From assembly GCA_965644295.1 (NCBI GenBank), contig CBFFRP010000426.1, positions 372,001-436,000 on the forward strand: a DNA stretch of 64,000 nucleotides, given 5' to 3'. Of the stretch, positions 25,291-39,410 are shown in pieces; the stretch's first letter is position 1, and each line of letters begins with the position of its first letter. The notes beneath the pieces are model-generated. The model was not told where the DNA came from. It did not search any database and saw only the letters and a program-made list of their open reading frames with translations. This DNA comes from Paraphysomonas bandaiensis. Taxonomy: Eukaryota; Protista; Chrysophyceae. A program made the position numbers and the translations under genes.

Positions 25291-25780
25291 GGTGTGAATA
25301 GATAATAGTAATAGTAATATATGTGTTTTGAATCTTTGTTTGAGATAATAGATGATCCTGGAGGTGGTATGATGGTGGTTTAAGATTTAAGGGCTGTGAG
25401 ATGTGCTCTGAGCTGTTGTCAACTGCTCAATCTTATGGTACATAACGTACTTCTCTACCATATGTACTTCTCTACTTCACCCAATACGTAAGTACTATTT
25501 AGTTGATATGGTACAGTGCTGTTCATATGAGCTTCGTCATTCATCTACAGAAGGAGGCAATGGATAAGTACTATATGTATATGAGTACTCACCATCAGAC
25601 TGTACTTATCACCTATGCATACTCCACGATTACTGTACTTCTCTACTCTTTTCCACTGTACCATGTACTCCAGTACATGTACACTATAACACACACACAC
25701 ATAGCACTTTAACGGTTGTTTATCCTCATTGACTCTATTGCATTTATTAGTACAAGAAATTAATTATTTCTCTGTGAGTG

Positions 25781-26103
25781 ATGCTTCCATGGATAGGTCC
25801 ATCTCTAACTGATGAAGGTAGTGCATAATATGTGTTCTTTCAGTTATTAATTGATTCTGTTTATTAGATTGGTTGCAACACAGTGAACAGGCTTTTATAG
25901 CATCCTTACGTGAAGAAGAGTTGCAATGTCAACAAATTCTTGAGAACACTTGTGATATGAAGCCAGATGTTGATCCTATTGGAATGAAAGATACCGTTGA
26001 TACAGATGAAGGAGAAGACGTGTTGGTTGTAGAGAGCGGTGACGACTATTCCACTCAAGACGACGCCGTAGATATGTTTGTGGATATTGATGACACCCAG
26101 TAG
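25781..26103 (+). CDS. APC/C subunit 15 (ANAPC15)-like small protein, 2 exons
   Basis: Exon 25781-25817 plus 50-nt intron 25818-25867 gives MLPWIGPSLTDEDWLQHSEQAFIASLREEELQCQQILEN...DPIG and an acidic tail, resembling APC15 (P..P..T...W...helix...PIG, acidic tail). Confidence 0.65.
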
Positions 26104-26797
26104 TTTTTAATGCGATCACGTAGAATATATTTCTGAACTATTTGTTGTATATAGTTTTATTCTGGTGCCATCATACCTTATTCAAATTACAGTCATTGAC
26201 TCTTCATCACAAGTCGTAGAAAATATATACACCAATTACTCAGAGAGGGTGTCATAATCTGGTGCTTTAATATTAAACTAAAGTATTTACCGTTGAGACT
26301 ATTTTATAGCTGAGCCTATAGCATATGATGGCATATAACTGAGCAGTCTCACTTACTCTATAGAATATAGTGAAGTACTATATCATCTGGATCGAAGAAT
26401 AGCAATAATATACTGAGTGGATTCATATCTTTTTCTATATTCTCTTTTAAATAAAACGATATATATAGTGACGTGAGTGAATTGCCTATTTACATGTCTA
26501 GTACTGGTGTATATCATAGCCGAAAAGTTGTAATAGAAGTACCGTTAATTAAGTATCCTATTACTCCTATTTTATTCAATATATAGATCGGTGTCTTCAT
26601 AGTAGATCACATATTTCGTAAAATATTGTAATTCTTGTGAACTCGATGTCTGACAGAGTCTTCCTCGCGACTTGTAGCCCCTTCCAACAATACCCTTTTC
26701 ACACGACAACCAAGGAAATTATACGATACTATAAGTAACGAATACATGAAAATTAGAATTCCACCACAAATGATACGAACAGAAATATAGTAGATAA

Positions 26798-28012
26798 TCA
26801 TTTCGTGCTCTCATCATTCGAAAGTTTAATTTTTTTAGACCGAACACCTTCATCGTCGCCAGATTCAACGTGATCTTGTGATTTCCTGGATGTACTCGTG
26901 ACCTTAACATCTCTTTGACTCTGTGAAACTGTACTAGGCTTCATCCCACTATCACTACCCTTATTGGTATCTGATGAAATACCACGCACCCTCTTGTACC
27001 TGTCGGGGAACTTTACAATAAACCGACGTGTAGAATAAATAACATACTTCGCAATTAAGCTCATCACTCCCCCTTTCGCGGCTTTCGGTGCAATGTTTTG
27101 TCCAGTCCTTGAAGATAAGGAACAGTACGCCCAACAATGATTATTGTCTACGTGAACTGCAGGAATACATTAGTTCACAAAGGACTAAAGTATAAACATC
27201 ATACTAATGACGCGATTATAATACACAATTATAAAAATTATATTATCAAAATTATTCTCACCCGTTTTCAAGCAATCATTCGCTACCTCATGTACCGCGC
27301 GTCTAACATCTTCGTAGTTACCGTAATCGTCCTATACATATATCAACTAAATTATATGTGCAACGTTTGTTTATAGTTGTGAGCAGCTCATAAAGCACAA
27401 GTGCATCAAGAATCTATAAAATGTCAATCTTACCCCAACCAGCAAAGCATTTGGAAACAACTTCTGTGCAGTTGATATATCTTCCTTTGCAGCGGCATAA
27501 TGGTGGTCCGCATCAATATATATAATATCCGGTTTAATTCCTGCAGAAAACACATTATTCACAATGCATATTTCGTTGAGGCTTGCTTTTTTTCCACCTC
27601 TTTCAGATAAGAATCGAAGACCTTCTGTCGTAGGCATACGCATAGGAACAACACGGTCACGAAAGTCCCATAAATTGGCAATAAATGTGGGGTATAGTGG
27701 ATGTTTACGGAGCATAGAAGACAATTCCGAATTATGATTAGAATAATGATTATCAGCAAGAATAAAATCATCATCCCATAAATCAATTGCAAATATAATA
27801 GCATTAGAATGTTGTGCAAACCATTTAGTTGATGCACCATACCAACTACCAAGTTCAATAATTATCTTAGTTTGAGGTGTGATAACTGCATTAAATACAC
27901 GTATATGAGTTTCAAGAAACCATCCATGTGTATAAGCATCATAAGGTGGATGGGTTGATGGAAACCCAATCTCTTTTCCTTCAGGGATTGGATTGTTACC
28001 TAGAAGTTCCAT
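26798..28012 (-). CDS. Class I SAM-dependent methyltransferase (Methyltransf_24-like), multi-exon
   Basis: HGWF, IIELGSWYGAS, AIDLW and PDIIYIDADHHY motifs; downstream exons end in a basic C-terminal tail. Confidence 0.8.
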
Positions 28013-28065
28013 TAGTAGATAGAATATGGCGTGACAGTCAGTTCATAACACACTGCTATCACACT

Positions 28066-28134
28066 CTACCTACCTACCTACCTACCTACCTACCTACCTA
28101 CCTACCTACCTACCTACCTACCTACATACATACA

Positions 28135-28165
<31 letters not shown>

Positions 28166-28217
28166 GTACATACATACATACATACATACATACATACATA
28201 CATACATACATACATCA
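28066..28217. repeat. Compound (CCTA)n(CATA)n microsatellite
   Basis: Directly visible. Confidence 0.99.
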
Positions 28218-28601
28218 TACACAGGAGTACTGTATGTATTTTACACAGTGGATTTTCGCACCTAGAAATATTAGAATATTACATTTTTTTGTAGTTTTTC
28301 TTTATATTTTATACTATTCTGACCCTTGTTACCATTTTTCATGACTGAAAAACACTGATATTAAGCAGAAATACCACAAATCTACACATACACACATCCT
28401 CTTAAACTAATCAGAGTGTTGGTAGCAGTGAAACTTTAGATAATATAACAGAATCTGTCCATTCAATTGCATAGTGAATCTTTTTAATTAATATATACTA
28501 CATTCGACTGTATAGTCAAGCCTTTTTCTACCCATCAAAGGCGTCAAAGACATCTATATATCCCCATAGATTCCTCTGTATACATACATCATATACACCA
28601 T

Positions 28602-29213
28602 ATGATTAAACAAGTTCTATTAATCAGACGTAACTGTTATCAGAATTATTTATATCATCGTACATTCTCTATAAAATCTTATACAGTTCAACACTATCTG
28701 AACCCATCCAATGCATACTTATTAAATTTCTTCAATAAATATGTGATTGCATACAATAAAATATCTGCAATGAAACGTAACGAAAATTATGCGAATGATA
28801 ATGTTGCAATTCTATCAAAATTTAAAACATTACATGCACATGTTGCTGAAGATTGCATATCCGGAGAACTCATTGCTGGCACCCTTCTGATAGAGATTAG
28901 ATCCGAAGAAGACTTCAATCACCTCCGCAGAGTTATGTCTGATGAAGCACACACTTGCCTAAAGCGTAATTTAGAAAAGTATGAGAACTGGAAGCAGCTT
29001 GGCCTTTACTTTCAAAAAGGCTCCTTCAAACTAACAGCTGATCCTGTATCTGAACTATACGAAAACACATTTTTGAAGCCACCTGGAATTCACTTGTACT
29101 CAACCATACCGTCAATACATTCTAGGACGAAGTATATGAGAGGTCACACCCCGCTCTGTTCGTATTTAAGCATGGGCAAAACATATACCTACTATATGTT
29201 TGAAGTATCTTGA
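28602..29213 (+). CDS. Hypothetical protein, possible mitochondrial presequence
   Basis: 203-aa ORF with an Arg-rich, acid-free N-terminus (..HRTFS); no family recognised. Confidence 0.5.
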   Translation: MIKQVLLIRRNCYQNYLYHRTFSIKSYTVQHYLNPSNAYLLNFFNKYVIAYNKISAMKRNENYANDNVAILSKFKTLHAHVAEDCISGELIAGTLLIEIRSEEDFNHLRRVMSDEAHTCLKRNLEKYENWKQLGLYFQKGSFKLTADPVSELYENTFLKPPGIHLYSTIPSIHSRTKYMRGHTPLCSYLSMGKTYTYYMFEVS

Positions 29214-30229
29214 TATAGTACACTTAGATTGCTGTAATGAATTTATGCTATCCGTTTTATATGTTGTATCTTTTGACAGTGAATAAGTTAAAAAGTGTAT
29301 ATTTATTATCTGCTAATAGATTAATTTTGACACGTCATTAGTGTATAAGTGGGTTGAAGAAAAGCTCCATTGTTGTACTGATGTTTACTTTTGTAGATAG
29401 ACAATTGACACACACCATAGCATGATAACATGAAGCCATCTAATATTGGGTTGTCTGATACCAGGGTTCGGTAAACATATAATGCAAAACTATCGTCAGA
29501 TAGGGTTCTATCAATGCCATTGATAGAGGTTTTGGAACCGACTCAACAATACTATTGCAATATAGTAGTATCATTGGTCAGTAATAAACATATCCGTAGA
29601 TACCATATTTAATATTTAATAAGGAAAACTGTGATTAGGAAAGCAGTAGCCTTAATGTGATCTTAATATACTCATCCTCTGAGCAACCATCAGTGACGTC
29701 AGCATCACCATATCCAGTAAAAATTAATTGAAATATGCATTCATCTGGCCACAAGTGTCAATGTTCTTTCAGAAACAACATCATGTAACAGAATTACATA
29801 AACACATAAACTATGAAGATGATAAATTAGAAAAAATACTTAATACTAGTGAGCTGGAAGTATATTGGCTGTATACGATCGTATCTATCTAAGATCGTAT
29901 GAAAATGATAGATGGTTGAGATAAAATGAATGAGAAGTGAGGTAATCATAACTTAAAATTGAAGTATTAAGTGCGTACTTCGTTCAGTTAATTACGTCTT
30001 TACGTCTTTATCATCTAATTATATCGTAATCTGATACAGACATCTTACATATTACACACTAAGCACACACGAAATTACTTGACAGTAATGAGCTGGCTTT
30101 CACAACATCAAACAATATAGAAAACATGAACTTACAATTAAAAATATTTAGACGTTGTGTCGCTACTATAGTCAAAAAATTCATGGAAATACAAACGTAT
30201 ATACATGAACTCCACGGGCGTGAACTACT

Positions 30230-31610
30230 TTACACCTTCAGTGATTCCTCGAGGTCTATGATGGCATCCAGGTGTTGTCTACCGAGATCTGGATCAAACT
30301 GTTTTTCTGGAAAATTACACAGTGCCAATCCTTCCTGTGAAATTTTAAATTGTGTGGGGTACCATTCGTCTTCAACTGTAACACGATTCAAACACACGAA
30401 GGATGCATTCGGAGGATTGATTGAGTTCTCGAACTATGTAAAAGTAGGAAATCAACAGGTATTATCAAATATAACTAAACTAAAATCACCTCATGGACCG
30501 TATAATGGAACCAACGCATCATGAACTGAACGCAAACATAAGAAACAGGATATCAGTTATGCAAACTCTTACCAGACGAAGTGTAAGACCATGTGTTACG
30601 ACCTAACAACAATATATTATCATCAGAAGAACACTGGAGCCAACACATATACAAATCGACTAAACCACTGAAATAACATGTAAATTAAAGAGTGTTGATG
30701 TCTTACAATAACGGTCATTTTATCTGCTATCTCTGGATCCATTTTCCCCCAATCTCTGTAAACATATTCACCATTAGTATACAAAACATTCCTCCTCATA
30801 ACACAAGATATATTCACAAAACACTATGTGACACAGCAGTACCTGAACAGAGTGGCGATGAATCCAGTGGCTCTATTGAATACGTCTAGCCCAGCTTCAC
30901 CTGAATGTCGATATATATCACACACCACTATCATAACAACAGCAACATGGGACATACAACAATTATATTTTAAAATACAGCTGGTCACCAACCTTCTGGA
31001 AATCTGTAATAAAATCTATGTATATATATGTATCGTTATTTTAGGTGACCGATATACACGAATACAAAACGCACCTTCCGAAGTCCGACCTTTCGTTTTT
31101 AAAATCTCGCATTTTCTCACCTTTCTGAAAATTGCCAAATTGTTGTTCTACATAATCTTATAAAATAATAATTAAGTGCCAGTACCACACATACCTGTTA
31201 TTCTTGGCTCCTCTCTTGCACCCACAATGGGAGAATCAGTGAACGACTCCATGATATACTTAAGTGTTTGCTTTGTGCGCATGTATGGGCTACAGTACAC
31301 AAATACTGGACCTATTCAACCCAAAATGAATATTATACTCAAGAAATTGAAAACCAAACGTACTATCTCCTATCCTTTCTTTTAATGTTACACCTAAAGC
31401 CCGGCTCTGTTCTATTCCTTTCTCAGTGAGTGGAATCTTCCAATCAGGAGTGTGTGAATACGCTTCCTCATCAAAGTTACCTAAACTTTCACCATGACGT
31501 ACTAATATAATTCGTTTAGGAAGACGATTTACTGTTCCATTAGAATTTAAACGGCCTCTAGGGCGATATGGAGTAGGTGATGCCTCACGTCGTGATAACG
31601 ACAGGCCCAT
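30230..31610 (-). CDS. Histidine phosphatase / phosphoglycerate mutase family protein, intron-rich
   Basis: RIILVRHGESLGN and DWKIPLTEKG; later exons carry EPRIT and RFPEGEAGLDVFNR; many short introns; the 3' end is uncertain. Confidence 0.85.
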
Positions 31611-32141
31611 AGATAGACAACGGCGATATAAGAATAGAATTGTAATAAAAAACTCAAGTATTATTACTGGTAAACACGTTTAGATATATTGAATACACTT
31701 ATCAATGAGTTGTAATCGATCGAATTGAATGAGTGGAGTGTGATATGTATGTATATGTACATGACTGGAAAGCCAAGTACATATATACGATACAATAACA
31801 GCCTTTAGTACCTATACACTCGTACTATTGTATACAATACATATGTACACTATAGAACAAAAAAAAACACACACACACGTAGTTATTGGGATAATCAGGA
31901 CGATCATCTATTGAATGGAGGGTGACAAGAAACTGAAAAATTTAACGCCAGAAGATGCGGTGGAGATAAAAAGAGCCGTTGACTTTTGCATGTGTGGATC
32001 TCTTCTTGTATGAGATGAGAACACAATCACAATTTCCGATCAAGTGAACATTGCATTAAAACAACTTCACAAAGCTAAACTAACAACAGGTATGATATTT
32101 TCTTTTGCACTCTTGCTTCTAATGTGTTTCCTGATTGTAGT

Positions 32142-33743
32142 ATGGAGTCAAAGCGGAAGCAAGGTTTTAAGAAAGGCCTCAGCGCAGAGGATGGCAGACG
32201 TCGCCGTGGGGAGACAGCTATCCAGCTTAGAAAGCAGCACAGAGAAGAGGGATTAGCCAAGCGTCGTAACATCATGATTAACAACTTTGTGTCTGAGGAG
32301 CAGCAGGCTCAAAACAGTGAAATGGCGGCGAACATGTCTGAGAGCAAATATGCCAATCTGATGGCCAACCTTCAGTGCCAGGACATTCAGAAGCAAACGG
32401 AAGCTATCAGAAGCTTCAGAAAGCTGCTATCCATTGAAGTTAACCCTCCAGTTCAGGAATGCATTGACATTGGCGCCGTTCCTCTGTTTGTTGCATACTT
32501 GCAACGAACAGATAATGTTGAGCTCCAATTTGAGGCTGCATGGGCATTGACAAACATTGCTTCAACCGATCGTACACAAGTGGTTGTTGACTGCGGTGCC
32601 ATTCCTCATTTAGTACAGCAATTGGTTTCTCCCAGCGCTGATGTAAGAGAACAGTGTGCATGGTGCCTAGGCAACGTTGCCGGTGATGGTGCTGCCTTCC
32701 GTGATGTTATTCTGCGTTGCGGTGGATTAGAGCCACTCATTCAGAACATCATGATGCCTGCTAACATCTCTTTACTACGTAACTGTGTTTGGACTCTGTC
32801 GAACTTTTGTCGCGGAAAGCCTCAACCTTCTTTGGAGGTCATTCAACCTGCATTTGAGCCTTTGGGTGCCATTATCAAGAACTGCAGTGACCAGGCTACT
32901 ATCGTCGATGCCTGTTGGGCACTTTCCTATCTTTCAGATGGCTGCAATGATCGCGTTCAGAAAGTAGTTGATCTGGATGTTGTAGGCGCATTGGTACAGA
33001 TGCTCACAAGTGGTCAGACTCAGGCTATCGTTCCTGCTCTTCGTACTCTTGGTAACATCGTTTCCGGTGAAGATCACCAAACGCAAGCAGTGGTTGACGC
33101 TAATGCCTTGCCAGCCGTGGTTCCACTTCTTTCGCACTCCAAGAAAAACATTCGTAAGGAGTCATGCTGGATGTTGTCCAATATCGCGGCAGGAAATAAG
33201 GCTCAGCTGAATGCTGTTGTTGTTACCCCAGATCTCATCGAGAAGGTTCTCATTCAGCTCTCTTCTTCAGCTGAGTGGGATGTTCGCAAGGAGGCAGCCT
33301 GGGTTATATCTAATATTGCTACTGGCGGGTCTAAATCTCACGTTATCAAACTTATTGAGCATGGTTCTATTGCACCTCTTTGTGAGTTACTTGACGTTGG
33401 TGAAGTGCGCATTCTGCTCGTTGCCATGGAAGCATTGGAATCCATGCTAAAGCACGGCGAAGCAGCTGGTCTCAACACACTTCAGATGGTTGACGAAGCA
33501 GAAGGAGTAGATAAGCTTGAGCTTCTACAGGAACACGAAAACATGGATGTTTACGATAGAGCAGTAAGAATTATTGAGAAATACTTCGGCGGTGAAGAGG
33601 AAGACGAATCAGAAAATCTTGCTCCTAGCTCTTCTTCTGGCCAATCTTTCTCATTTGGCCTCGGATCCAATGTGGTTTCACAGCCTTCTAAAGGAGGGTT
33701 TGATTTTTCTTTTTCGCAAAATGCGACCTCCACTTTTTTATAA
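32142..33743 (+). CDS. Importin subunit alpha
   Basis: IBB domain (RRRRGETAIQLRKQHREEGLAKRR); ARM repeats LQFEAAWALTNIAS, WTLSNFCRGKP and PALRTLGNIV; 5'UTR intron at ~32090-32140. Confidence 0.98.
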   Translation: MESKRKQGFKKGLSAEDGRRRRGETAIQLRKQHREEGLAKRRNIMINNFVSEEQQAQNSEMAANMSESKYANLMANLQCQDIQKQTEAIRSFRKLLSIEVNPPVQECIDIGAVPLFVAYLQRTDNVELQFEAAWALTNIASTDRTQVVVDCGAIPHLVQQLVSPSADVREQCAWCLGNVAGDGAAFRDVILRCGGLEPLIQNIMMPANISLLRNCVWTLSNFCRGKPQPSLEVIQPAFEPLGAIIKNCSDQATIVDACWALSYLSDGCNDRVQKVVDLDVVGALVQMLTSGQTQAIVPALRTLGNIVSGEDHQTQAVVDANALPAVVPLLSHSKKNIRKESCWMLSNIAAGNKAQLNAVVVTPDLIEKVLIQLSSSAEWDVRKEAAWVISNIATGGSKSHVIKLIEHGSIAPLCELLDVGEVRILLVAMEALESMLKHGEAAGLNTLQMVDEAEGVDKLELLQEHENMDVYDRAVRIIEKYFGGEEEDESENLAPSSSSGQSFSFGLGSNVVSQPSKGGFDFSFSQNATSTFL

Positions 33744-34988
33744 GCACTATAGATGATTGTATGCTATTTCTGCCAGATTTCTAGTACAGCGTGAAAATAA
33801 CATGTACTGGTACTTATCATTCTCTCGGTTCGATGTTTATGATGATTGTATAGACATTGGTAGAGGTGTATTTGGTAGCAGTGAATACAGACATGTTCAG
33901 TGATACATTTATATAACTAAGAATATGTTTTTATTCTAGTGTTCTCTTAGTTTTTATTCATAATTTCTTGTACACAATAATATAGTTTGCTAGCTATGTG
34001 CTAATTTTTTGACTGATAAGTCTTTGTTTACATTGTGTGGTGCTTCTACTTTCAGGCTATTGTTTTGTGCCATTGTGTACTTGACAAGCTATATTATATT
34101 AAGATAATTATTACTAGCATTTAATTACTTAACAGCTTCTATCAACGTATTATGTTCTGTTACGCGCAAGCACCATATTGTTAACATAAATCTGCACACT
34201 ATTTATAGGTGCCGTCCCTTTAGCTTTAACCAAGCTCCATCAAGCAATAGGAGATAAACTTTATTAATACAGATCTACTGGCTACTGGTATTTAACAATA
34301 GTTGCGACTAACGAAGTTAAACTGCAGAGGTGACTCACAACAGCATAAAATTGTCTTACTCAAAGAGAAATATAAAGAGAAATATGTCCAATAGATGCTC
34401 GTTGTTCAAGAGTCGTCGAAGGAGATTAGTCGTATCGTAGGCTGCAAGCTGCAAGATGCTGTAGGTATATGACTAGCATTGGTACATATTCTATAGATTC
34501 AGTGTTCTCTTACTCGATGTAATGGATACGAGCACTGTTACTATAGTGCATAGCTGAACCCATGTCCCATATCATAACGGCTCAGTGTCTAACATGCACT
34601 CATATCCGATTTTTAACCAATCATATATCGTGGTTTACTTTTATATAATAATGATTGGATATAAGTCATTCAACAGCAGTTTCGAAGAATTCCTTTCGAG
34701 AATACACACACTTCTGCTGTATATGGTATACCTACATCAACATACGTACATATACTGCCTAGAAACCCTATAGAGATCTCTCTGTACTCTGGACATATAC
34801 GTGCATTACACAAAGAAACTCACCAGAACACTCGGGATGGACTTGTATGTGGAACCTCATATCAACATCTACTTAACATCCATCACATTATTACACTCAT
34901 TTTGTATATATATCATAATATAACACACTTTATTATCTCTATTGTCATTACTTGTATATATATACTATACTCCTGTGACACTTTAATC

Positions 34989-35987
34989 ATGGGCCCTAAG
35001 CCAAAAGGTCGACAAATGTCAACTGAAGAAGTCGATATAGTCCCAGAGAAGAGTCCAGATATTCCACATGTTACGACTGAGAATTTCTGTGATTTTAGTT
35101 GGGTATTTAATGAATTATTTAAAGATCATCAATTTGAAAGCAGTCGTGATGCAAGTAAGAAAGAAAGAGATGAGAATCATTACACAGCAACCAGTTTAGT
35201 ATATGGAGAAATTGCTTATGAACCATTTGCAGAGGTTAGATTATATTGTTATACATTATCATGTGAATTAATTAGTGAATAGCAATTTTTGAAAATTAGA
35301 ACTCATGGATATCGTGCTGTGGGTGGAAAATATGTTGACATAGGTGAGTATTTAGCCTGAGGGTCATTGCTTGGTTCTTACTTGTTTATGTATTAAAGGG
35401 TCCGGGAGTGGAAAGAGCGTGTAAGTATATTGGTAATCGTGACAATATATTTATAAGATGCGTAGATTTGGTGCTGCGCTAGTACACAAGTTTGAGGATT
35501 GCATAGGAATTGAAGTGCTGGAAAGTTTGTACAAAATCAGTGACGAGGTATTGTGTATATACACTGTAATTTGTTCCTTACTTGGCGTGACGTGCAGAGG
35601 CTACATGAGTGGAACAGTTTAGTTAATCAAACAGAATCGTTGTCTCATTTAAGGCACACGAAGATTCAATTTGTTCACGGTGACGCAACTGCAATTGATT
35701 GGTCTGATGCGGATGTCGTTTTCATGAACTCAACTTGCTTTGAAGACGATCTCTTAGCCAAGCTTGCTGCGCAGGCAGCCAATTTAAAGCCGGGAAGTTT
35801 TGTACTCTCCACTACAAGAAAGTACGTTCGCTGAATTCATGTTGGTTCGCTATTTTATATTTTATATTTTATACGTGTGCATTGCAGATTACCATCTGAT
35901 GCGTTTGAAATCATGGAAACTACTTCGATGATGGAGGTATGGGGTGAATGTACACTCTTTATTCAACGCCGCAAAACTCTTTCGTGA
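34989..35987 (+). CDS. DOT1-like SAM-dependent methyltransferase, multi-exon
   Basis: LVYGEI, YVDIGSGSGK (split by a 22-nt exon), GIE, and DWSDADVVFMNSTCF...LKPGS. Confidence 0.8.
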
Positions 35988-36681
35988 TAGTAAATGTGTA
36001 CTATCGTTTTCATTTTCAGCTGCCCTGTTTGCCTGTTTGCTCTCCCACAGTGTTGCATCATTATAGAGCAATATGGAGTTTGTATGATTTGAAGTTGTTA
36101 TAGCCAACTACAGTTCTTCATTAAACATCAAATAATGATGTCATTATTGAAACTAGGAATTCATTGGATGTTGTTACTACATACGATTAGTGTAGCAGAT
36201 GCTATACGAATTGCTGTTGAATCTTTTCATCAGTCTTGCCTTGTATATCTGCATGGAATGACCCTAATAAAACTACTCGAAGTATATTGTATGATCTGTC
36301 TAGCTAAGTATAATCAAGAAGCACAATGTTAGCTCCAGCCTTTCCCTATTTATGTCACTCTGAATTGCTTGCGACTCGCTGCAAGCACGTGATGAAACCG
36401 TTCCATATTTTTATTCGTTCTCGGATTAACATATAGTGTGTGAAAAACTACATATAGGTAATATAAAATATGCAGTGTCTACTGGACTTTATAGTGCTTC
36501 GTGGAAAATACCTTCCAATACTATTTCATAGTTTCTTAAACACATCATCATACGGGAGCAAAAGACATAGACTGCTAAACGAAGCTAGCTGGCTACAAAG
36601 AGTATACAACAAACCCATTACAACATTACATACACAAATTATCTATTCTACACTTGTGCAACTATACGCTAAGCCCTTGTC

Positions 36682-37653
36682 TTAGACAAGTTGGGTTTAG
36701 CGTAGTTATAGTGGTCTGGATTGTGGACTTGAACAATGTCACCTTTACTCTCGTACACATACGACCCTGTATCAGACCACATGTACCTATTTAATCACAA
36801 TGTCACAAATTGTTCTATAATCAGGTAAGTTAAGGTCTTACCTTCCTTCGGCTTTGTTGAATTCCCAGACTCCAGAGTGCTTCGTTGTGGTGAAATTCAA
36901 AGAGGGCTCAACAGCATATCTATTCCGAAGTTCCTTTCTATCTACTGGTTCCTCTGGTTCCTGAAATATGGGCTTCTCCACTGAAAATGTACCCTCTCTC
37001 TTTTGCTTTCGAACCTCTTCATTCATTTCTTTCGTTCGTTGCATCGGACTTTTGTAGGCACCCTTTGAGACATATTTTCTAGTTTTGGTAGCAGTGTGTA
37101 ACTTTGCATTTCCCGTCATGTCATCAAAAGCACGAGTCAAATCCTTTTTGCTCACTTCAGTAGAAACATTCCAATCCTGACTAAATGGCCTCTCTAAGTT
37201 GGGGTGGACTGGCATTTCAGCAGTGCGTTTAAGCGTTGTCATGTCAGACGGATAGAGTTCAGTAGTCTGATTTGGGCTGGTTGTGTTAGACCCAGGCTTC
37301 AAAGTAACTTTAAATCTTGATGGTTTGTCTGGCTGCTTTGTAAGCTTAGGGCCCAAAGTTTCTGCGCGGTAATTATATTGATACGGCTTGGAGCGGTCGT
37401 GGTCAAAGTTTTCCGCCTGTCTTCTTTCTACTAGCGGTTCATCCGTTTTAGTCGATATATTCCATGAAGCAGCTTTCGTCAACACACTAGGACGAGCAAA
37501 GTTACGGACTTCTTCTCTTCTAGCCCGCGTTTTATCATTCACATCATCATGATGAAATACTGTCTGGTTAGCACCGAATGATACTGGGCCTTTAGCATTT
37601 CCAATTTGTATTCTGGCACGTAAGTAACTTCGACTTGGATCAGGTGTTGACAT
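36682..37653 (-). CDS. Hypothetical protein, 2 exons
   Basis: 271-aa ORF plus a short terminal exon (YMWSDTGS...NLS*); repeated WN(I/V)ST motif. Confidence 0.7.
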
Positions 37654-37996
37654 TAGAATATATCACAATATATTATAACAATTATATGAGTTATTTTGTG
37701 TGTCTAACTAGTCCCTCAGTGGGAGATATAGTCTCTGTCATATATATGCATGTTAGAGTGGACCTCACATGCACATACACATACATATACATACAGACAC
37801 ATGCACATACATATAGAGGATCTGTAACTGCCCATCGCCATTGCATTATCCAACACGATCAGACTACAGCATACTACCGTCATACTACATCTATTCGGTT
37901 TCGTATATGTTGTTGGAATACAGCTGTATTGTATATGTATATCTGCATATATATAGAGAGAGAATATGAAGCGAGAGGTGTCATATGTTAGCTTAC

Positions 37997-38028
<32 letters not shown>

Positions 38029-38145
38029 ATGTATATTAAGCTAAAGCCATATATAGATACACTCTGCCACTCTATCACTATAACATAAGCAGAGATATAT
38101 TCTCATACTCTATTATTAATTATTATATATCTACGTATGAACTAA

Positions 38146-39410
38146 ATGATGACAACTCATGATTCACCTGTAGATATGGATGGATTGAGGGCTGATCTTG
38201 GCATGGTTAAAGACGATAACTCTATCGATCATATGTCTACTTTTTGTCATTTAGTTATTGAAGAATTCTTAATGAACAAAAAAATGACTAAGACATTGAA
38301 TGCCTTTCGCGAGGAATGGTCTTCTCGTCCTTCGGAGGTTCTTTACTATATATATTGCTGCTGATTGATATGATTGGTGATTGTTTGTAGGCTGCATCGA
38401 GTATATCGTGGATAGACATTGCCTTAAAACTTCATCTACCTGATATGATTCACGAAGACAAACACAAACCTGTTATTGAGCACATAGCAGGAGCACTAAT
38501 AACTGATGCTTCTATTAGAAGACGCACCCCAGCTGATGTCATTGTCAACGGGTTAGCGGAAAAGCCACGCGAGAGGTCTGTCCCGCTTCCTCCTGTAGAA
38601 ACAGCGTCCCCCTCAACAGAAGAAGATTCGAATCAGGAGCGCGTTCGCACGTCTACTGAGACTGACACTCAAACATTACTAAAGTTGAAGTCGAAGGGGG
38701 GACACATTGGTAAATATTCTCTATCAACAGCACGTGATACATCCAGCGTTGAGCGAAGTAAATACCGTCCAAGTATGAGTTTAACCAAACAGGGAAAACC
38801 ATCATCTGAAAATTGGATTCCTGAGCAGATAAGGTTCCGGTCGATTCATCGAGATATAGCGAATCTTAAAGAGAATCTTCGTTGCACAGTGACACTTGAA
38901 ATGGAACAGCAGCGCGAGCTACGTCGTTTTCAGACCACAGATTTACAGAAGGCCCACCTGGAGGAAAGCTTGAATATGAAGAGAAAGACCCAGTGCGCTT
39001 GCTGCTTGCAACCATATTCGCACGTTAACCTCACTATGAAGATACCTGTTAAAGCGATTATAGACATCCGTAAGAAGTGGTCTGGAGGGAAAGGGGGATG
39101 GTGGGACAAGGATGACGAAAGGCTTGCCAAAGTACCGCGGTGCTACGAAGGAGTTGACATTTGCAGATTCTGTTCTCAATTCTTTGGATCCCAAGATGAA
39201 TATAGACCATCTTTTGATGCCATCTCTTACGAGCAGCGAAAGGCACAGTTCTTTGAGACGAAGCGCCAGGAGAGGGAGTACTGGGACCCCCTTAAAATGT
39301 GCGAAAAAGATCGTGAACACAGCGAAGATGTGGGGCTTCCCCCAGCTATTCTCACACCTTTAGAAGGTGCGGCTTTAACTAAGGGGTTGACGACGGTTCA
39401 TTACGAGTAG
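38146..39410 (+). CDS. Hypothetical protein with N-terminal LisH-like motif and C-terminal CxxC...CxxC
   Basis: LVIEEFLMNKKMTKTLNAFREE (LisH-like); CACC...CRFC; one ~50-nt intron. Confidence 0.7.
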
